Assembly (NCBI GenBank): GCA_016839605.1
Contig: JAEOTX010000013.1
Location: 1 to 42,712 of the forward strand
Source: Candidatus Thorarchaeota archaeon
Lineage (GTDB): Archaea > Asgardarchaeota > Thorarchaeia > Thorarchaeales > Thorarchaeaceae
Direction: 5' to 3'
DNA: 42,712 nucleotides
The notes beneath the pieces were generated by a model that did no database searches, was not told where the DNA came from, and saw only the letters and a program-made list of their open reading frames with translations. Shown piece by piece: positions 37,799-42,712 of the stretch. Position numbers and translations under genes: made by a program. Positions within the stretch are counted from its first letter, which is position 1, and every line of letters begins with the position of its first letter.

Positions 37799-39187
37799 AT
37801 GACGAAGACCAGGACTGAGAAGGATGTTCTCGGAGAAGTGGAAGTTCCTTCAGAAGCATATTGGGGAATTAGCACTCAGCGTGCCCTTACCAATTTCAAA
37901 ATTAGTGGTCGAAGAATGCCAGAGCAATTCATTGTAGCCCTAGCTACGGTGAAGAAAGCGTGTCTGTTGGCGAATATGGATCTGGGCGCGATCCCATCAG
38001 ACATTGGAAAACCGATTCAGAAGGCTGTGGATGAGATTATCAGAGATGGAAAGATGCTGGACCAGTTTCCAATCGATATCTTTCAAACTGGCTCAGGAAC
38101 TCAGACTAATATGAACATGAATGAGGTTCTGGCCAATAGGGCTAATGAAATCTTGGATCAACCTCGAGGAAAGAAGGCACCGGTCCATCCCAATGATCAT
38201 GTCAACTTCGGACAGTCTTCCAATGATGCCATTCCTACAGCAATGCATGTCGCAGCACTTCTAGCAATTACTAACGAACTGATGCCTGCAATGGATAAAC
38301 TGATTCAGAGTTTGGACAAAAAAGTGAAGGAATTCAATGACATTGTAAAGGTTGGCCGCACTCATCTTCAAGACGCAGTGCCCATTCCACTATCAATGGA
38401 GTTCGATGTCTATAGAACGCAGATGGTTAATAATATGAGCGATCTGCAGGCGGCCCGTGATGAGCTTGTTGTTGTTCCCATTGGAGGGACTGCACTCGGA
38501 ACTGGTCTAAATGCTCCTGAGGGATTTGCTGAGAAAGCTGTTGGGTATCTGAGTAAATTCACGAATCTCCCGATTCGGACTCATTCCGTTAAAGCTGAAG
38601 GGATATCCTCACACCGTGCGATGGTGCGTCTTAGTTCAAGTCTACGACTCCTAGCGCTTTCATGTATTAAGATGGCCAATGATATTCGATGGATGGGCAG
38701 CGGTCCGCGAGCTGGGCTTGGCGAACTCATCCTTCCTCAGAATGAGCCTGGATCCTCTCTCATGCCAGGTAAGATTAATCCAACTCAATCAGAGGCCCTG
38801 ATACAGGTATGTGCACAAGTAATAGGTCATGATACTGTCGTGTCATTTGCAGAGAGTCATGGGAGCATTCTTGACTTAAATATGTCAAAGCCTGTAGTCA
38901 TTGTCAACATACTTGATGCGATAACAATTCTTTCAAACAGCATTCATTCGTTCAGACTGCATTGCCTTTCAGGACTCAAGGTAAATGAAAGCGCAATTAA
39001 GGACCATCTTGAGCGGAGCCTGATGATTGTTACAAGACTGACACCAGTCATCGGGTATGACAAGGCTGGAGAAGTCGCAAGAAGAGCCTATGAAACTGGG
39101 CAGACAATTCGAGAGACCATTAAGGATATGGGAATCGAGATAGAGGGGAATCTCGATGAACTACTTGATCCGAAGAAGATGGTCTGA
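37799..39187 (+). CDS. fumC: Class II fumarate hydratase
   Basis: [42 protein letters not shown]. Confidence 0.92.
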   Translation: MTKTRTEKDVLGEVEVPSEAYWGISTQRALTNFKISGRRMPEQFIVALATVKKACLLANMDLGAIPSDIGKPIQKAVDEIIRDGKMLDQFPIDIFQTGSGTQTNMNMNEVLANRANEILDQPRGKKAPVHPNDHVNFGQSSNDAIPTAMHVAALLAITNELMPAMDKLIQSLDKKVKEFNDIVKVGRTHLQDAVPIPLSMEFDVYRTQMVNNMSDLQAARDELVVVPIGGTALGTGLNAPEGFAEKAVGYLSKFTNLPIRTHSVKAEGISSHRAMVRLSSSLRLLALSCIKMANDIRWMGSGPRAGLGELILPQNEPGSSLMPGKINPTQSEALIQVCAQVIGHDTVVSFAESHGSILDLNMSKPVVIVNILDAITILSNSIHSFRLHCLSGLKVNESAIKDHLERSLMIVTRLTPVIGYDKAGEVARRAYETGQTIRETIKDMGIEIEGNLDELLDPKKMV

Positions 39188-39198
39188 AAGAGGAGGTT

Positions 39199-40884
39199 AT
39201 GAAGACGAATCATAATCATGATATTCTGGTCATTGGGGCTGGGCTTTCCGGTTTGCGTGTTGCCATAGAGCTAACTGACCGGTACGATGTGGCAGTCCTG
39301 ACAAAGGTGCATCCACTGAGGTCTCACTCTGTGGCTGCCCAGGGGGGGATCAATGCCTCACTAAGCCCTGAAGACTCTTGGGAGTCGCATGCTTTTGACA
39401 CTGTCAAGGGCTCAGATTATCTGGCTGACCAAGATGTGGTCGAGTTGATGGCCAAGGGGGCACCAAGCGCTGTGATTGAGAATGAGCAGTGGGGCACAGC
39501 ATTTTCAAGGACCGAAGATGGAAGCATTGCTCAACGTCCTTTTGGTGGGGCTGCGTATCCCCGTACATGTTATGCTGCCGATAGGACCGGGCACAACTTA
39601 CTCCATACCACTTTCGAGCAGGCACTCCGAAAAGGAGTCAAGTTCTATCATGAGTGGTTTGTTACTTCTCTTGTTAAGACAGAAGATCGAGTCTGTGGGG
39701 TGACTGCTCTTGAGATTGCCACAGGTGAGATACATGGCTTTACCGCCAAGGCTGTAGTTCTAGCCACAGGTGGGTTTGGTCGGATCTATGGCCATTCTAC
39801 CAACGCTCTCATCAACACTGGCGATGGTGCTGCTATTGCATTACGGGCAGGAGTCCCGCTCAAGGATATGGAGTTCGTTCAGTTCCATCCTACAACTTTA
39901 GTGCCATCAAGCATCCTCATTACTGAGGGTGCCCGGGGCGAAGGAGGGTATCTCTTCAACAGTGAAGGCAAGAGGTTCATGGACAAGTATGCACCAAAGG
40001 ACATGGAACTTGCTCCACGGGATATTGTGGCAAGAGCTATTCAGACTGAGATAAATGAAGGTAGAGGATTTGGTTCCAACTACGTCCACCTTGATTTGAG
40101 GCACCTAGGCAAAGAGAAGATTATGGAACGACTTCCCGGGATACGGGAGATATCCATGTTTTTCGCTGGGGTTGACCCAATTGACGAGCCTATCCCAGTA
40201 CGTCCTGGGCAACACTACTCAATGGGCGGCATTCATTGTAACAAGAATGGGGCGACGCTGCTCGATGGTCTTTTCACAGTAGGAGAAACAGCGTGCATGA
40301 GTGTTCATGGCGCAAACAGGCTTGGAGGCAACTCACTCCTAGAAACCCTTGTATTTGGTAGATTTGTTGGTCAGAAGGTCGGTGAGTATGCTGCGGATGC
40401 GGAAGATTTTGATGAATGCACTGTAGATGATGCTGCTTTCGCTATGCGGGAGAAGATTCAGTCAATTCTTCTGAGAGAATCAGGAGAGTCACATGCTGAA
40501 TTAAAGGAAGAGATGGGCAGAATCATGGATAATGAAGTCGGAGTGTTTAGAGAACAAGAGACCTTGGAGTCGGCTCTCAAAGCGATTCGCTTCTTGAAAG
40601 AACGCTATGAGAATATTGCATTGCCAAGATGCGACACTCAATTCAACTACTCACTTGTCAGAGCCCTGGAACTGGAGAATCTGCTTCACCTTGCCGAAGT
40701 CATTACTATGACTGCGCTCATGAGACGCGAGAGCAGGGGTGCCCATTGGCGAACCGATTATGGATCTCGGGACGACGAGAATTTCCTGAAGCATTCATTG
40801 GTATCCATGGTTGAGGACTTTCTGAAGACCGAATATATCGATGTCAACCTCGGGATGTTTGAGGTAAAGGAGAGGAAGTATTGA
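39199..40884 (+). CDS. sdhA: Succinate dehydrogenase/fumarate reductase flavoprotein
   Basis: [10 protein letters not shown] (covalent-FAD His), [42 protein letters not shown]. Confidence 0.95.
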   Translation: MKTNHNHDILVIGAGLSGLRVAIELTDRYDVAVLTKVHPLRSHSVAAQGGINASLSPEDSWESHAFDTVKGSDYLADQDVVELMAKGAPSAVIENEQWGTAFSRTEDGSIAQRPFGGAAYPRTCYAADRTGHNLLHTTFEQALRKGVKFYHEWFVTSLVKTEDRVCGVTALEIATGEIHGFTAKAVVLATGGFGRIYGHSTNALINTGDGAAIALRAGVPLKDMEFVQFHPTTLVPSSILITEGARGEGGYLFNSEGKRFMDKYAPKDMELAPRDIVARAIQTEINEGRGFGSNYVHLDLRHLGKEKIMERLPGIREISMFFAGVDPIDEPIPVRPGQHYSMGGIHCNKNGATLLDGLFTVGETACMSVHGANRLGGNSLLETLVFGRFVGQKVGEYAADAEDFDECTVDDAAFAMREKIQSILLRESGESHAELKEEMGRIMDNEVGVFREQETLESALKAIRFLKERYENIALPRCDTQFNYSLVRALELENLLHLAEVITMTALMRRESRGAHWRTDYGSRDDENFLKHSLVSMVEDFLKTEYIDVNLGMFEVKERKY

Positions 40885-41615
40885 TGATGTTTAGAGTGGC
40901 ACGCAGTCGTGAAGGAATGAAGATCACTCATTATGACCTCTACAAGGTCGACCTTCGCAAAGGGATGACAGTATTGGATGTACTCTTTCAGATTCAGGAT
41001 TACATGGACGAGTCTCTTGCATTCAGATATTCATGCAGAGGTGCGGTATGTGGAAGCTGTGCAATGCTCGTGAACAAGATTCCAGTCCTTGCTTGCAGGA
41101 CTCAAGTGAGTTCATTGAAGAAGGCTCCCCCAAAGCTCAAACCTTTTGCGGCAATGACTGATTCTCCCACAGGCTGGAATCCAGAAACCGAGGTCCTTGT
41201 TGAACCTTTGCCGAATCTGCCTATCTTAAAGGACCTGGTCGTTGACATGACACAATTCTATGATGCACTGGAATCCTTGAAGCTCTGGGCAGATCCCGCA
41301 AAAGGCGATGATCCACGAATCCAGAGTCCAACAGACCGGAAAAAGATTGAGCGCTATGTGAACTGCATCATGTGCGCGCTCTGCTTTGGTTCTTGTCCTA
41401 TCAACGCAGAAAAGGAAGAATACCTTGGCCCGGCCGCATTAGCAAAAGCGTGGCGATTCTCCGAAGACTCTAGAACGGAGGAGTCCAAGAAATATCTTGA
41501 AGCTGCGAAAGCCCCTGAGGGGTCGCCATTATGTGATCTAATCTACAATTGTGTGAAGGTATGTCCAAAAGGAGTAGCGCCAGGTGGGGCGATCAGGAAG
41601 ATAAAGGAATCATAA
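40884..41615 (+). CDS. sdhB: Succinate dehydrogenase/fumarate reductase iron-sulfur subunit
   Basis: SCRGAVCGSC, LAC, CIMCALCFGSCP, GPAAL, CDLIYNCVKVCP. Confidence 0.93.
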   Translation: MMFRVARSREGMKITHYDLYKVDLRKGMTVLDVLFQIQDYMDESLAFRYSCRGAVCGSCAMLVNKIPVLACRTQVSSLKKAPPKLKPFAAMTDSPTGWNPETEVLVEPLPNLPILKDLVVDMTQFYDALESLKLWADPAKGDDPRIQSPTDRKKIERYVNCIMCALCFGSCPINAEKEEYLGPAALAKAWRFSEDSRTEESKKYLEAAKAPEGSPLCDLIYNCVKVCPKGVAPGGAIRKIKES

Positions 41616-41625
41616 CTCAGCAGTA

Positions 41626-41850
41626 TTATGCCCCGCCCAATTGCTTCGTTCGATTCATTGCTTCAGCATAGTCCTCGGATGCGCCGTCAAAGAATGCTAT
41701 GTCCTGAGTTTTAGAGTAGTGTAGCTTTCCTGATGTAGTGGCCTTGATTTTTACACTTTCCTCTCCCCTTGGAAAATGACCTGAGACTCTCATAACGATA
41801 TAAAGAAGTCCCAATGTGAGAAGCGCAGCTGTTAAGATTTCTGGGATCAA
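41626..41850 (-). CDS. Small single-pass membrane protein
   Basis: N-terminal TM ILTAALLTLGLLYIVM; fills the gap between neighbouring genes. Confidence 0.55.
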   Translation of the reverse strand: MIPEILTAALLTLGLLYIVMRVSGHFPRGEESVKIKATTSGKLHYSKTQDIAFFDGASEDYAEAMNRTKQLGGA

Positions 41851-41926
41851 TTTTATTCACGCCAATAGGTTTTCTGAAATGAATCATTGGATTATAAGGA
41901 GTGAAAGCATATAGGGTCTTTGAACA

Positions 41927-42394
41927 CTAGGCATCTCTTGCCATCCTAAGTAGAAGCGCCACTTGTCCTGCGTGATGAGTCACATGGTATCCGGCGATAA
42001 TTCGTAAGATAATTTCTAGTGACCCTTGTTTCAGAAGAGATGGAGGCGGCAGATTCATCTCTTCATCTAGGTTCTCATCCGTCAAGTGTTCGTATATCTC
42101 TCTAAATGTCTGGTACACTGCACGAACATTCACCTTCAGCCTGCCCTCAATTGTATCCGCATCCTTCTCCTCTTGCTTTGCTAGGGTAATTCCTAGGAGA
42201 TCAGCTATCTCACTGCATACCAACATTAAGACAATGGTGGCATGATACACCACTTCGGAAGCTGAAGGACCCCCTTCTGATGGAGTCCACTCTAGTTCTT
42301 CATCACTACCATTAATCTGCGTAATAAGCCAGTTACGTGCGCCCAAACCCAACCTCAGTAAGTCGCCTTGCTTTCCAGAAAGCTCCTTTTTCAT
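41927..42394 (-). CDS. DinB-superfamily protein
   Basis: W.P..GGPSASEVVYH and C-terminal HVTHHAGQ metal-binding His pattern. Confidence 0.85.
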   Translation of the reverse strand: MKKELSGKQGDLLRLGLGARNWLITQINGSDEELEWTPSEGGPSASEVVYHATIVLMLVCSEIADLLGITLAKQEEKDADTIEGRLKVNVRAVYQTFREIYEHLTDENLDEEMNLPPPSLLKQGSLEIILRIIAGYHVTHHAGQVALLLRMARDA

Positions 42395-42581
42395 CTTCTA
42401 TCGACCAAAATCGCCTTGTGAGACCCCCATAAGTAGAAACCTGTTTACGAAAAATCGTCGAGCGTGACTAATGACAGACCATGAATGAGTTATTATGGGT
42501 ATTCAACCTACCGTGACGAGCGCGTAGACGATGGAAGACGTGGTTTCCATCTTTCATACATGCCTGAGGAGGATGTTCTCA

Positions 42582-42712
42582 TTGGTCAGAGCTCGAATTG
42601 TAATTCTTCTTGTTCCCATTCTATTGCTTACAAGCGCGATTATTGCTCAAGAGCCACAAGGGTTACTGAATCATAGTCAATCCGATTTTGAAATTACGAA
42701 TGGAGCTCTACT
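42582..42712 (+). CDS. 5' end of a secreted protein (partial, runs off the window's right edge)
   Basis: GGAGG SD at 42568-42572 then TTG 42582 (ATG 42573 in frame): (M)VRARIVILLVPILLLTSAIIAQEPQ... is signal-peptide-like and open to the window end. Confidence 0.6.
   Translation, partial: MVRARIVILLVPILLLTSAIIAQEPQGLLNHSQSDFEITNGAL

Noticed and set aside
42485-42676. 63-aa ORF in the track and a GATGGAA/TTCCATC hairpin at 42530-42551
   Set aside because: A different frame starting at 42582 has an SD and signal peptide; the lone short hairpin is insufficient for a call

Overview
Gene-dense archaeal chromosomal segment, identified by a thermosome, the HMG-CoA synthase/thiolase/DUF35 triad, a DUF359 dephospho-CoA kinase and a TFIIB-type Zn ribbon. 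An Asgard (Thorarchaeia-like) origin is my impression only and is not demonstrable from the sequence alone. Most of the window is housekeeping or energy metabolism: a NuoEFG/HydCBA-like flavoprotein module directly followed by NfnAB(SudBA), Nnr, a CoaD-DPCK fusion, upper mevalonate genes, a SAMP/ThiS ubiquitin-like protein, an AsnB-like ligase, TrxB, the thermosome, and a korAB-fumC-sdhAB/frdAB operon with no membrane anchor. The standout is 3.2-12.4 kb. A tightly coupled minus-strand operon encodes a catalytically degenerate classical AAA protein, an SMC with SMC5/6-type signatures, a ScpA-type kleisin and a ScpB/Nse-type kite protein. It is head-to-head with a MoxR AAA ATPase plus a HExxH-metallopeptidase/vWA protein. 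This is a candidate archaeal SMC5/6-like complex with dedicated AAA/vWA accessory factors. Also notable are a TFIIB-Zn-ribbon + wHTH mini-protein, a strongly structured intergenic segment at about 880-1010, and a second probable pseudo-ATPase. I recognised no rRNA, tRNA, CRISPR array or transposase. All assignments come from manual motif reading, with no database searches.
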